Shown: piece by piece, positions 27,823 to 37,609 of the stretch
How the letters are laid out: each line of letters opens with the position of its first letter
Position numbering within the stretch: position 1 is the stretch's first letter
Source of the DNA: Helicobacter cetorum
GTDB lineage: Bacteria > Campylobacterota > Campylobacteria > Campylobacterales > UBA6016
Length of the DNA: 64,000 nt
NCBI GenBank assembly: GCA_022729705.1
Contig: DZAX01000007.1
Location: 1,868 to 65,867 of the forward strand
Direction: 5' to 3'
Position numbers and translations under genes: made by a program
Notes under the pieces: generated by a model
Databases searched by the model: none
Told to the model about the DNA's origin: nothing
What the model saw: only the letters and a program-made list of their open reading frames with translations

Positions 27823-29022
27823 TTAAACTTTACTTAAAGCTAGTACAAATTCTTTAAATTTTTCTCCGCGCTCTTTGTAGCCGCTGAATTGGTCAAGGCT
27901 TGCGGCGGCTGGTGAGAGCATTCCGACGCTGTTTATGTCCATTTTGGCGGACATTTTGGCGACCGCCGTTTGAAGTACGCCGCACTTTTCGCACGCTATA
28001 GCGTATTTGGCACACAACTCAAAAACTCTGTCTTGATTGGAACCGATAGCAAACACCTCAATACCTTTGCCTGACAAAAATTCAAATAGAGGCGTAAGCT
28101 CTTGTCCTTTATCGTCCCCACCCAAAATCAGCGCCACTCTTTTGTCTTCGTAGTTTTTGACCGCCTCTATCGTAGCGTCTAGGTTTGTAGCTTTGCTGTC
28201 ATCCACCCACAATCTGCCAAAAGCGTCTCTAAACTCCTCTTGTCTGTGACCGTCGATATTAAAAGTGTTAATAAGCTCATAATCAACTTCGTTAAATAGC
28301 ACTTTTGTGACCGATAGAGCCATTAAGGCGTCAAGCAAAAATACCCCTTTAAACTTTAGCTTTGAGCAATCTATATCAAAATACGCCGCCAAATCCTCAG
28401 CGCTCTCATAACCCACAAAAAACCCGTTTGTCGGGGTCTCTTTGTACTTTGACGGCGCGACTATCATCTCGCCCTCATTCATAGACGCAAAAGGCTTTAA
28501 CTTTGCCGCTTCATACTCCTCCATGCTTTTGTGCCAGCTCACATGATCGGGTGTTATCGGCAAAAGTAGATAGATATTTGGCTTTGCTTTTGTTGTGTAG
28601 TGCATCGTAAACGAACTGGTTTCCAGTATCCACATATTTGCATTTTCGTCCATTTGGGCGAGCGGAGAGCCTATGTTGCCCCCGACATCCGCGCCGCGCT
28701 TTTTGAGTAGATGATAAAGCATTTGCGTAGTCGTCGTCTTGCCGTTTGTGCCGCTAATCCATACGCTAAAAGGCATCGTATCAGCAAATAGGTCGTATTC
28801 GCTTATCAGGTGTTTTGCCGCTTTTGTAAGCGGGTGATGCGGCGGTATGCCGGGACTTGTTACTTCCAGCTTACTTGCGTCTGGGTCAAATAGATGAGAG
28901 GGGAAAATAGTGTTGCCTTTTTCATCCTCTTTTATCTCTTTTGTGTTGTCGTCAAATATTTTGCAACCGCCAAATCTGTCCGCTATCGCTTTTGTTGTTT
29001 TTCCGTATCCGAGTAGGGTCAT
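27823..29022 (-). CDS. murD: UDP-N-acetylmuramoyl-L-alanine--D-glutamate ligase
   Basis: SPGIP, GTNGKTTTT, ETSSF, DDSKATN, LSPAAASLDQF. Confidence 0.95.
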   Translation of the reverse strand: MTLLGYGKTTKAIADRFGGCKIFDDNTKEIKEDEKGNTIFPSHLFDPDASKLEVTSPGIPPHHPLTKAAKHLISEYDLFADTMPFSVWISGTNGKTTTTQMLYHLLKKRGADVGGNIGSPLAQMDENANMWILETSSFTMHYTTKAKPNIYLLLPITPDHVSWHKSMEEYEAAKLKPFASMNEGEMIVAPSKYKETPTNGFFVGYESAEDLAAYFDIDCSKLKFKGVFLLDALMALSVTKVLFNEVDYELINTFNIDGHRQEEFRDAFGRLWVDDSKATNLDATIEAVKNYEDKRVALILGGDDKGQELTPLFEFLSGKGIEVFAIGSNQDRVFELCAKYAIACEKCGVLQTAVAKMSAKMDINSVGMLSPAAASLDQFSGYKERGEKFKEFVLALSKV

Positions 29023-29540
29023 AGAAACTTACTTTCATAAAAATTTTTACATTCAAGAACAAGTATTTTTTCAAACATAAATTTATACCTCTGCATATTA
29101 TTAGAAATGTGTTGATGTATCTTATCTCTCGAGTTTCTAACTTTATATACAAGTATAAAAATTTGCCGCCCTGAACGATAAGCATCACAACTCAAACCGA
29201 ATTTATTTAAAAAGATACTTAGCAAATGAACAGAATCTGCCATTTTTAAAAATATACTATATTGTCTTTCTTTTTTATTGAACCACGCTAAAGGGTCGTT
29301 AACTTTTGTTAAGTCTTTAAACTCAACAAAAATCCATTTATTGCAGTTGGCGCTTATAAGCAACATATCCGCTGATTTTAATGTGCTTATGCCAAATTGT
29401 CTGCAAAAAATATCTTTAACTTTGTCGAAATTTATATACTGCCGACCATTGTCTGGACAGCATCTATCGCTAACTATATCTAAATTGTCAAATACATTTG
29501 GCAAAGTAGTAATATTTGTATTAATGGAGGCTACTACCAT
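29019..29540 (-). CDS. Hypothetical protein with a PD-(D/E)xK-like nuclease motif
   Basis: INFDKVK...KSADML...IFVEFK...KMADS; AT-rich; overlaps the ATPase stop and the murD start. Confidence 0.6.
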   Translation of the reverse strand: MVVASINTNITTLPNVFDNLDIVSDRCCPDNGRQYINFDKVKDIFCRQFGISTLKSADMLLISANCNKWIFVEFKDLTKVNDPLAWFNKKERQYSIFLKMADSVHLLSIFLNKFGLSCDAYRSGRQIFILVYKVRNSRDKIHQHISNNMQRYKFMFEKILVLECKNFYESKFL

Positions 29541-30553
29541 TCAATACTATCTATCTGCGTTTTTTCTATCGTATCAAATGGATCGGCTAGTTTTTTAAAT
29601 ATCGGCTCCAAATCATGCGTAACATCTTTTATTGTAGACATTAAGTCATATTCTGCTTTTTCGGCTAAATAAAAATTTGTTTTATCGCTGATTCCTTCTT
29701 TGTCACTATAGACCTTCAAGGCTTCAATCATATAAGGGCTATGTGAATTGACTATTACAAAAATGCCGTGTTTTGCCAATGCAATAATAAGTTCCGCATA
29801 TTTTAACTGCCAAGCTGGATGTAAATGTACTTCAGGCTCATCCAAAATTAAAACAGAATTCTCTTTGAACGAACCATTAGATATTAGTATTTGCAACAAC
29901 CCAAACATTTTAACTCCGCTAGCTGCGCATATCATCGGGATTTTGATATCAGGATTAGAATGCTTCACAAATACAAAATCATTGCTTTTTATGTCAAAAA
30001 ATAAACTACCATCTATGGTATTACCGATTTTGTCTACCAAGTCTTTCATAGGGATGTTTAATTCATCGTCATCAGAGCCTAAATCCTCACGAAATAGTCT
30101 AAAAATTAAGTCATATATGTAAAATGGCAATATTGTTTCGTAGCCTTCAGAGCTTCGCAAAGATTCAGACTCTAAAATATACCTTCCCAAAGATAGTGTT
30201 AAAGGTGCTTCAATATAAAAAATAACATCAGATAAGCGTTCATTTATTGTGGCTTTTCGTCTTTTTGTATTGCTGATACTATAGGAAATAATTGCATTGT
30301 CATCGTTGTCAAATAGTGACATGTTACCGTTTATTTTGCCAAAGGTTAAAAATTTATCGTTTGTTGTTCTAAAAACTTTTTTAAATAGTTTTCCATCGGC
30401 GTCTTCTTCTTTGCTAGCCCTATATTTTAAAAAATATAGGGCTTTTCCAACCGTACTTTTCCCCGTATCATTCTCCCCTGCAATAACCGTAAGACCATCC
30501 AGCTTTACGTCTGCGTTCTCTAGCATACCGATATTTTCTAGCTTTATTTTCAC
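29534..30553 (-). CDS. ABC-type ATPase (AAA_15/AAA_21-like)
   Basis: Walker A GENDTGKS, signature ASG, Walker B LILDEPE-HLHP, H-loop NSHSP; no TM segments. Confidence 0.88.
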   Translation of the reverse strand: MKIKLENIGMLENADVKLDGLTVIAGENDTGKSTVGKALYFLKYRASKEEDADGKLFKKVFRTTNDKFLTFGKINGNMSLFDNDDNAIISYSISNTKRRKATINERLSDVIFYIEAPLTLSLGRYILESESLRSSEGYETILPFYIYDLIFRLFREDLGSDDDELNIPMKDLVDKIGNTIDGSLFFDIKSNDFVFVKHSNPDIKIPMICAASGVKMFGLLQILISNGSFKENSVLILDEPEVHLHPAWQLKYAELIIALAKHGIFVIVNSHSPYMIEALKVYSDKEGISDKTNFYLAEKAEYDLMSTIKDVTHDLEPIFKKLADPFDTIEKTQIDSIEW

Positions 30554-30563
30554 AAAAGCTCTT

Positions 30564-31628
30564 TTATCTAATTTTTATAGTAAGCAAAGCAATAATATTA
30601 GAAAGTAAAGCGATTATCCAAAAACGCACGATTATCTTATTCTCCGCCCATTTTTTCATCTCAAAGTGGTGATGTAGCGGCGCCATCAAAAATACTCTTT
30701 TTCCGCGCGATTTGAAAGAGGCTATTTGGATGATGACCGACATTGTCTCTAGCACAAAGATAAACCCGATGACAATAAGAAGTATTTCGCTTTTTGAGAC
30801 GATGGCGATAAGACCGAGAAGGGCGCCTATTGGTAAGCTTCCGCTATCGCCCATGAATACTTCCGCCGGATTTGAGTTGTACCACAAAAATCCTAGCAGG
30901 GCGCCGGTCATTGAGAATGCGACTACGGAAAGCTCCCCTACGCCGATAATCTTTGGCATAAACAAATAGCCGCTCAAAATAGCATTTCCGGTGATGTATA
31001 CGAGTATGCCAAGGGAAATAAAAGCAAACACGCTAGGCACGGTGGCTAAACCATCTAGACCGTCCGTAATATTTACGGCGTTGCTGGCGGCTACAATTAC
31101 GAGAGCCCAAAAAGGAATAGCAAAAATACCCATATCAAAAAGTTGGTTTTTGACAAAAGGAACATAAAAAGAGCTTGGAAAATCCAAATAAAAAAAGATA
31201 AACGCAGAGATGATAAACGCTACAGAAAACTGACCATATAGCTTGCCTCTAGCGGACAATCCTAAGTCGTTTTTAGCACTTGCTATTTTGCCCAAATCAT
31301 CCGTTAGACCTATCGCCATAAACCCGAGCATTAGCAGTGCCGATGAAATCACATACATATCGTCCATTTTGGCGGATAAGATCACCGCTAGCAGAGTTGC
31401 GGACATAAAGACTATGCCGCCCATAGTGGGGGTGTTCTTTTTGCCCTGATGCGTCTCGGGCGCTAAAGCGTATATGGGTTGTTTCATTTTTTTTGATTTT
31501 GCCCAGCGTATAAAGCTTGGCATCATGGCGATTGTGAGTAAAAACGCCACAAAAAAACCTATCAAAGCCCGAACTGTAATATAGTGAAAAATATTTACGC
31601 CGTAGTAGCTATAGAGCCAATAAAACAT
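30564..31628 (-). CDS. mraY: Phospho-N-acetylmuramoyl-pentapeptide transferase
   Basis: TPTMGG, NAVNITDGLDG, FMGDSG, MAPLHHHFE. Confidence 0.97.
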   Translation of the reverse strand: MFYWLYSYYGVNIFHYITVRALIGFFVAFLLTIAMMPSFIRWAKSKKMKQPIYALAPETHQGKKNTPTMGGIVFMSATLLAVILSAKMDDMYVISSALLMLGFMAIGLTDDLGKIASAKNDLGLSARGKLYGQFSVAFIISAFIFFYLDFPSSFYVPFVKNQLFDMGIFAIPFWALVIVAASNAVNITDGLDGLATVPSVFAFISLGILVYITGNAILSGYLFMPKIIGVGELSVVAFSMTGALLGFLWYNSNPAEVFMGDSGSLPIGALLGLIAIVSKSEILLIVIGFIFVLETMSVIIQIASFKSRGKRVFLMAPLHHHFEMKKWAENKIIVRFWIIALLSNIIALLTIKIR

Positions 31629-31751
31629 TGAGCTTATCCCTCTTGTTATAAAAGCCAAATTTTAGTAAACTTTACCTAAATATGTCCGAACTTTAGTGGG
31701 GCTTGTTTTGGCTATGCCAGTCGCTTAAAGCGAATAAAAAAGGTTTTTAAG

Positions 31752-33236
31752 ATGAGAAAAAAGACGGTTTTGATAATAACGGACGGCATAGGTCACTCTG
31801 AAAAAAAAGAGTTTAATGCTTTTTACTCTGCAAACAAACCGACATACGACTATTTGTTTGCTAACGCACCTTATTCGCTTGTCAAGACGCACGGGCTAAG
31901 TGTTGGTTTGCCGGAGGGGCAGATGGGAAATAGCGAAGTTGGGCATATGACGATAGGTAGCGGAAGAATTCTCTATCAAGATCTTGTAAAAGTATCTTTA
32001 GCGTTGCAAGACGGCTCTCTTGAGGCGCATCCAAAACTCCAAGAGCTTTTCGTCTCCTGTGGCGATATACATATAGCCGGGCTTGTTTCGGATGGCGGCG
32101 TTCACTCGCACATATCTCACATAGCGGGTCTTGCAAATATAGCGAAAAAAAACGGGAAAAAAGTGTGGCTTCATGCGATAACCGACGGTAGAGACGTAAG
32201 CCCAACCTCTTCAAAAGAGTTTGTGGCAGAGCTTTTAAAAGTTTGCGGTGAAGACGTCAAGCTGGCGAGCATAAGCGGAAGATTTTACTCTATGGATAGA
32301 GACAACCGTTGGGATAGGGTTGAAAAGGGCTACATGGCTATTGCTGAGGCGACGCCAAAAACAGAGCTTGAACCGCTTGCGTATATAGACGAGGAGTATG
32401 CGAAAGATATAACCGACGAGTTTTTGACAAGTGCGGCTTTTGACGGATATGAGGGCATAAAAGAGGGTGACGGCTTTATCTTTGCAAATTTCAGAAGCGA
32501 TCGCGCTAGAGAGATAGTTACGGCTCTTGGCAAAGAGGATTTTAACGGCTTTGAAAGAGTTTACAAAAAAATAAACATGGTTACGATGACTGAATACTCA
32601 AAAGAGTTTGACTATCCAATCTTGTTTGAAAAAGACGAACCAAAAAATACATTAGCCGAAATAATTGCGGCGGCCGGCGTCTCTCAACTGCATACGGCTG
32701 AAACAGAAAAATATGCGCATGTTACTTTTTTTCTCAACGGCGGCGTAGAGACTCCATATCCTGATGAAACTAGGGTATTAATACCAAGCCCGAAAGTAAA
32801 AACGTACGACGAAAAACCACAGATGAGCGCCGAAGAGGTGGCGGACGCTGTGCTCAAAGCAATGGATGAAGAGTACGGGTTTGTGGTCGTCAATTTTGCC
32901 AACGGCGATATGGTGGGGCATACCGGTAATTTTGAGGCGGCTATAAAAGCCGTTGAAACGGTTGACGCTTGCCTTGGCAGAATAATTGAAAAAGCTAAAG
33001 AAAAAGAGTACTCCATACTTCTTACCTCTGATCACGGAAATTGCGAAGAGATGAGAGACTCCGAGGGGCATACGCTCACAAACCATACCGTTGGAAGTGT
33101 ATACTGCTTTGTTATCGACGAAGAAGTCAAAAGCGTAAAAGAGGGCGGACTAAACAATATAGCCTCAACGGTGCTTGCACTAATGGGGCTAGAAAAACCC
33201 TCAGAAATGGATGAGGCGCTGATAAAAATAAGCTAA
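31752..33236 (+). CDS. gpmI: 2,3-bisphosphoglycerate-independent phosphoglycerate mutase
   Basis: GQMGNSEVGH, DGRD, ETEKYAHVT, DMVGHTG, SDHGN. Confidence 0.97.
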   Translation: MRKKTVLIITDGIGHSEKKEFNAFYSANKPTYDYLFANAPYSLVKTHGLSVGLPEGQMGNSEVGHMTIGSGRILYQDLVKVSLALQDGSLEAHPKLQELFVSCGDIHIAGLVSDGGVHSHISHIAGLANIAKKNGKKVWLHAITDGRDVSPTSSKEFVAELLKVCGEDVKLASISGRFYSMDRDNRWDRVEKGYMAIAEATPKTELEPLAYIDEEYAKDITDEFLTSAAFDGYEGIKEGDGFIFANFRSDRAREIVTALGKEDFNGFERVYKKINMVTMTEYSKEFDYPILFEKDEPKNTLAEIIAAAGVSQLHTAETEKYAHVTFFLNGGVETPYPDETRVLIPSPKVKTYDEKPQMSAEEVADAVLKAMDEEYGFVVVNFANGDMVGHTGNFEAAIKAVETVDACLGRIIEKAKEKEYSILLTSDHGNCEEMRDSEGHTLTNHTVGSVYCFVIDEEVKSVKEGGLNNIASTVLALMGLEKPSEMDEALIKIS

Positions 33237-33255
33237 GCTGTGCATTTAAAATATA

Positions 33256-33353
33256 CTCTCCCGCTAAGCGGGTAGCTTTAGGGGGTTGTAGGGACATTTA
33301 TGTCCATGCCGTCAATACGAGCTTTGCTCGTATTGACGTTTAACATTGAATAT
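33256..33353 (+). repeat. Family-A repeat copy A3
   Basis: CCCGC-TAA-GCGGG / GGACAT-TT-ATGTCC / CGTCAATACGAGC-TTT-GCTCGTATTGACG / TAACATTGAATAT. Confidence 0.9.
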
Positions 33354-33368
33354 ATAACAAGGATTGTA

Positions 33369-34112
33369 ATGACTTTTACCGGAAAAAACGTGCTAATTAC
33401 AGGAGCTAGCAGAGGAATTGGCTCAGAAATAGCTAGATACCTTGCAAAGCAAGGATTAAAAGTATGGATCAACTACCGCTCTAGTGCTGCTGAAGCTGAT
33501 AATCTAAAAGAGGAGATTGAGGCGCAAGGGCTTAAAGCCGCTGTTATTGGTTTTGACGCAAGCGACGAAGAGGCTTTTGTGGACGCCGTAAAACTTATTG
33601 TGGACGCAGACGGAAGCCTTGATTATTTGGTAAATAACGCCGGAATAACAAATGATAAGCTATCTATTAGAATGAAAGTAGGGGAGTTTGAGAGCGTAAT
33701 AAAAGCAAATCTTACATCCGCTTTTATCGGGTGCAGAGAGGCTCTTAAGTCGATGAGCAAAAATAGATTTGGAAGCATCGTCAACATCGCCTCCATAGTT
33801 GGCGAGACGGGTAATGCAGGTCAAACTAACTATTCGGCCAGTAAAGGCGGTATGTTAGCCATGACAAAAAGTTTTGCACAAGAGGGAGCCGCTAGATTTA
33901 TTAGATTTAACAGCGTTACCCCTGGATTTATAGAGACAGACATGACAAATGAATTAAAAGAAGAGATAAAAAACCATTATATAGACAAAATTCCTTTAAA
34001 AAGATTTGGAAAACCTGTTGAAATAGCGAGTGCTGTGGCGTTTTTATTGTCGGACGAAGCTTCTTATATTACGGGCGAGACGCTAAAAGTTAACGGCGGA
34101 ATGCTAATGTAG
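33369..34112 (+). CDS. fabG: 3-oxoacyl-ACP reductase
   Basis: TGASRGIG, NNAGIT, YSASK, PGFIETDMT; AGGA RBS before ATG 33369. Confidence 0.95.
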   Translation: MTFTGKNVLITGASRGIGSEIARYLAKQGLKVWINYRSSAAEADNLKEEIEAQGLKAAVIGFDASDEEAFVDAVKLIVDADGSLDYLVNNAGITNDKLSIRMKVGEFESVIKANLTSAFIGCREALKSMSKNRFGSIVNIASIVGETGNAGQTNYSASKGGMLAMTKSFAQEGAARFIRFNSVTPGFIETDMTNELKEEIKNHYIDKIPLKRFGKPVEIASAVAFLLSDEASYITGETLKVNGGMLM

Positions 34113-34187
34113 CGTAAAAACTACTCAAAAAAGCCTGCTCGTGCGGTGCGTATTTGCTTGTTTGGAGTATAATTTTAACACTTGCTT

Positions 34188-34196
34188 TGATATAAT
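34188..34196 (+). promoter_or_regulatory. Extended -10 promoter upstream of acpP
   Basis: TGATATAAT about 32 nt before ATG. Confidence 0.6.
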
Positions 34197-34228
34197 GTTT
34201 CGTTTAAAAATTCCCTTGGGAGAGGTTT

Positions 34229-34462
34229 ATGGCTATTTTTGATGATGTAAAAGCGGTTGTTGTAGAACAACTAAATGTTGGTGTCGACGAGGTAAAACCC
34301 GAGTCTAAATTTGTAGAAGACCTTGGCGCAGATAGCCTTGATGTTGTAGAGCTTGTTATGGCGCTTGAGGAGAAGTTTGACGTTGAAATTCCAGACGATC
34401 AAGCGGAAAAAATTCAGACAGTGCAAAACGCTGTAGAGTTTATCGAAAACATTAAAAAATAA
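34229..34462 (+). CDS. acpP: Acyl carrier protein
   Basis: [14 protein letters not shown]. Confidence 0.98.
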   Translation: MAIFDDVKAVVVEQLNVGVDEVKPESKFVEDLGADSLDVVELVMALEEKFDVEIPDDQAEKIQTVQNAVEFIENIKK

Positions 34463-34469
34463 ATAGATA

Positions 34470-34496
34470 AAACTCCGAATCTCTCGGAGTTTTTTT
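34470..34496 (+). terminator. Intrinsic terminator after acpP
   Basis: AACTCCGA-ATCTC-TCGGAGTT followed by a T run. Confidence 0.75.
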
Positions 34497-34519
34497 ATCT
34501 CACTTCAAATTCTTCGGAG

Positions 34520-35767
34520 ATGACAGCAGTGAAAAGAGTAGTAGTAACAGGTATAAGCATCGTATCATCTTTAGGTCAAGACGCAAAAAGTTCTTTTGAG
34601 GCTATACTAAACGGCAAGTGTGGCATCGAAAGGATTTCTTTGTTTGATCCTGAAAACTTTCCCGTGCAAATCGCCGGCGAAGTAAAAGGTTTTGACCCTA
34701 CAACTGTAATGGATGCAAAAGAGGTCAAAAAATCAGATAGATTTATTCAGCTTGGACTTAAAAGTGCAATAGACGCTTTTAAAGACTCAGGGCTTTCAAA
34801 AGACGCTATAAACGCAGAGAGGTTTGGCGTGTCTGCGGCAAGCGGAATAGGCGGCTTGCCGACTATAGAAAAAAACTCCTTAATACTCTCCGAGCAAGGA
34901 CATAGGAGAGTCTCCCCATTTTTTATTCCCTCAGCTCTTGCAAATCTTCTTGGTGGAATCACAAGTATAGAGCTTGGGCTTAAAGGGCCAAATCTATGCG
35001 CCGTAACCGCGTGCGCCGCTGGAACTCACGCTATAAACGAGGGCGTTAAGTGCATCATGCTAGGGCAAGCGGATGCGATGCTTGTGGTTGGAGCCGAGGC
35101 GGCTATTTGTCCTATAGGCATAGCCGGATTTGCATCTATGAAGGCTCTTTCAACAAGAAATGACGACCCGCAAGGTGCGTCAAGACCGTTTGATACTAGA
35201 AGAGATGGTTTTGTTATGGGCGAAGGCTCTGCGACTCTTATTTTGGAAGAGTATGAGGCGGCAAAAAAAAGAGGCGCTAATATATATGGCGAGATTATCG
35301 GATTTGGCGAAAGCGGCGACGCAAATCATATCACAACTCCGGCGCCTGAGGGCGAGGGCGCTTATAGGGCTATGCGGGCGGCGGTAGAGTTTGCGAAAGC
35401 GAAAATCGGTGATTTTAAAATAGATTATGTAAACGCTCACGGCACCAGTACAAAGTATAATGACTGGTATGAGACAATGGCTCTTAAAAAGCTCTTTGGC
35501 GGCAAAGAGAACTGCCCGCCTCTCAGCTCTACAAAAGGCGCCACGGGGCACTGCCTAGGAGCCGCTGGAACTATAGAAGCCGCTATCGCTCTTATGTCGA
35601 TGTGGGACTCCATTGCGCCGGCGACTATAAACTATACAACGCCGGATGCGGATTGCGATTTGGATTATATACCAAACAACGCTAGAGAGTTAAAAATGGA
35701 TATTGTCATGAGCAACTCTTTTGGTTTCGGCGGAACAAACGGCGTTGTTATCTTCAAAAAAGTCTAA
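34520..35767 (+). CDS. fabF: Beta-ketoacyl-ACP synthase II
   Basis: TACAAG, NAHGTST, TGHCLGA, SNSFGFGGTN. Confidence 0.96.
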   Translation: MTAVKRVVVTGISIVSSLGQDAKSSFEAILNGKCGIERISLFDPENFPVQIAGEVKGFDPTTVMDAKEVKKSDRFIQLGLKSAIDAFKDSGLSKDAINAERFGVSAASGIGGLPTIEKNSLILSEQGHRRVSPFFIPSALANLLGGITSIELGLKGPNLCAVTACAAGTHAINEGVKCIMLGQADAMLVVGAEAAICPIGIAGFASMKALSTRNDDPQGASRPFDTRRDGFVMGEGSATLILEEYEAAKKRGANIYGEIIGFGESGDANHITTPAPEGEGAYRAMRAAVEFAKAKIGDFKIDYVNAHGTSTKYNDWYETMALKKLFGGKENCPPLSSTKGATGHCLGAAGTIEAAIALMSMWDSIAPATINYTTPDADCDLDYIPNNARELKMDIVMSNSFGFGGTNGVVIFKKV

Positions 35768-35771
35768 GTAG

Positions 35772-36710
35772 TTGGCTTTTTATTTAGATTTTGAAAAAAA
35801 AATACAGCAGCTGCAAGAAGAGATAGAGCTAAGTAGCGTCAAAAAAGATTTTCACGCCGTGGAAATTTTACAAAAAGAGCTAGATAAAGAGGTCGTTAAG
35901 ACATTTAAAAATCTAAATGAGTATCAAAAGCTTCAGCTTGCCCGTCACCAAGATAGACCGTATGCGCTTGATTATATCCATTTGATAATGAGCGACGCTT
36001 ACGAGATTCATGGGGATAGACACTTTAGGGATGACGCTTCTATTGTATGCTTTATCGGCAAAATAGGCGATGTGAATTGCGTCGTAATTGGCGAAGAAAA
36101 GGGGAGGGGTACTAAAAACAAAATACAAAGAAATTTTGGTATGCCTCATCCTGAGGGCTACAGAAAAGCTCTTCGTGCGGCAAAGCTCGCCGAGAAGTTT
36201 AACCTTCCTATTTTAATGCTTATAGACACCCCCGGAGCGTACCCGGGGCTTGGAGCCGAGGAGAGAGGGCAGTCTGAGGCGATAGCTAGAAATCTTCTTG
36301 AGCTCTCCCGGATAGAAGCCATAACCATATCTATTGTTATTGGCGAGGGCGGTAGCGGCGGAGCTTTGGCTATAGGCGTAGCCGATAGGCTTGCCATGAT
36401 GAGATATAGTGTTTTTAGTGTTATATCGCCGGAGGGGTGCGCCGCAATTTTGTGGAGTGATGCTTCAAAAGTAGAGACCGCGACAAACGCTCTAAAAATA
36501 ACGCCTGACGACTTAAAATTTTTGGGCTTAATAGATGATGTCATAGATGAGCCGGTTATAGGGGCGCATAGGGACAAAGAGGGCGCCGCAGAGGCTCTAA
36601 AGGGTTATTTTCTAAGCTCCATACAAGAGCTTAGCTCTTTTGATAATGAGACAAGAAACGCTGCTAGATACAAAAAACTAATGAGTTTGGGCAGGTTTGA
36701 GGAGCGATAG
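35772..36710 (+). CDS. accA: Acetyl-CoA carboxylase carboxyltransferase alpha
   Basis: [31 protein letters not shown]. Confidence 0.97.
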   Translation: MAFYLDFEKKIQQLQEEIELSSVKKDFHAVEILQKELDKEVVKTFKNLNEYQKLQLARHQDRPYALDYIHLIMSDAYEIHGDRHFRDDASIVCFIGKIGDVNCVVIGEEKGRGTKNKIQRNFGMPHPEGYRKALRAAKLAEKFNLPILMLIDTPGAYPGLGAEERGQSEAIARNLLELSRIEAITISIVIGEGGSGGALAIGVADRLAMMRYSVFSVISPEGCAAILWSDASKVETATNALKITPDDLKFLGLIDDVIDEPVIGAHRDKEGAAEALKGYFLSSIQELSSFDNETRNAARYKKLMSLGRFEER

Positions 36711-36725
36711 CTAGATTGAATTTGT

Positions 36726-36770
36726 CACCGATACAAGCAAAGCTTGTATCGGTGCATAATATCAATATTT
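36726..36770 (+). repeat. Family-A 3' half (third hairpin plus terminus)
   Basis: CACCGATACAAGC-AAA-GCTTGTATCGGTG followed by CATAATATCAATATTT, between convergent accA and petC. Confidence 0.7.
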
Positions 36771-37606
36771 TAGTGAATTTCTTTAAATTTTGAGACTTTC
36801 CATAGGTATGTTATTACCGTAAGAATTGCAAAATATCCTAAAATCCATATTGCTAACGAACTTCTTTCTTCTTTTGACGGATCGCCAACTTTCTCTAAGT
36901 GTTGAATCACTTTAGCTTGCGCTTGTTCTGTGAGCCCCACTCTTGGCATAGTCGTTCCGTGAAGAAGTTTTTGCGGATCATTAATAAAGCCGTGAAGATA
37001 ATGCTCGCCCTGGGATTTTATTACCTGCGATAAGTCCGGAGGCGTTGAGCCCATATACTCTTTAATTCTAGCGTCGCCGACAACTCTTTTTACGCCGTCA
37101 TATTTGATAGAGTGACATCTTGCACACGCCTCTTCTGTTATCTGTTTTGGCGTCAAATTTTTGTTTGCGATACTATCAAAGTATGCTACAAGATGCCCTG
37201 CGTCTTCTGCTGATATGCCGAGACTTGGCATTGCATATTTACCTGGTTTTGCTTTTACCGCATTTTCAGGATTTTGAATAAAGTTGGAGAGAAAATTGTG
37301 GTCATATATAGCCGCAATATTAGATAAATCAGGCGGAACTACGCCGTATGTATTTGCCGCATCCGCATCGCTCATAGCTAGCTTTACGCCCTCTTTATTG
37401 ATTGAGTGGCAAGAGATACATTGTGTGGCGGCAATCTCTTTGCCTTTTGCCGCATTACCGGAAGTTGGCTGTTTTGGCAAATCTTTAAACGCAAAGTCCG
37501 CCGGAGTTACTTCAGGATGCATAACATGGTGTGCGTAAGGTTCAACGCCCCAATACGTAAGCCCTACAAAAAATATTAAAACAGCTAGTATTTTTAGTTC
37601 TCTCAT
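36770..37606 (-). CDS. petC: Cytochrome bc complex dihaem cytochrome c subunit
   Basis: CISCH and CARCH, PPDLS twice, N- and C-terminal TMs. Confidence 0.92.
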   Translation of the reverse strand: MRELKILAVLIFFVGLTYWGVEPYAHHVMHPEVTPADFAFKDLPKQPTSGNAAKGKEIAATQCISCHSINKEGVKLAMSDADAANTYGVVPPDLSNIAAIYDHNFLSNFIQNPENAVKAKPGKYAMPSLGISAEDAGHLVAYFDSIANKNLTPKQITEEACARCHSIKYDGVKRVVGDARIKEYMGSTPPDLSQVIKSQGEHYLHGFINDPQKLLHGTTMPRVGLTEQAQAKVIQHLEKVGDPSKEERSSLAIWILGYFAILTVITYLWKVSKFKEIH

Positions 37607-37609
37607 CTC

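Noticed and set aside
33300-33368. N-terminal extension of FabG
   Set aside because: The upstream ATG lies inside repeat A3; the RBS and family alignment favour ATG 33369.
36770-37606. Two haem motifs in PetC as a novelty
   Set aside because: A dihaem cytochrome c replacing c1 is established for Campylobacterota bc complexes.
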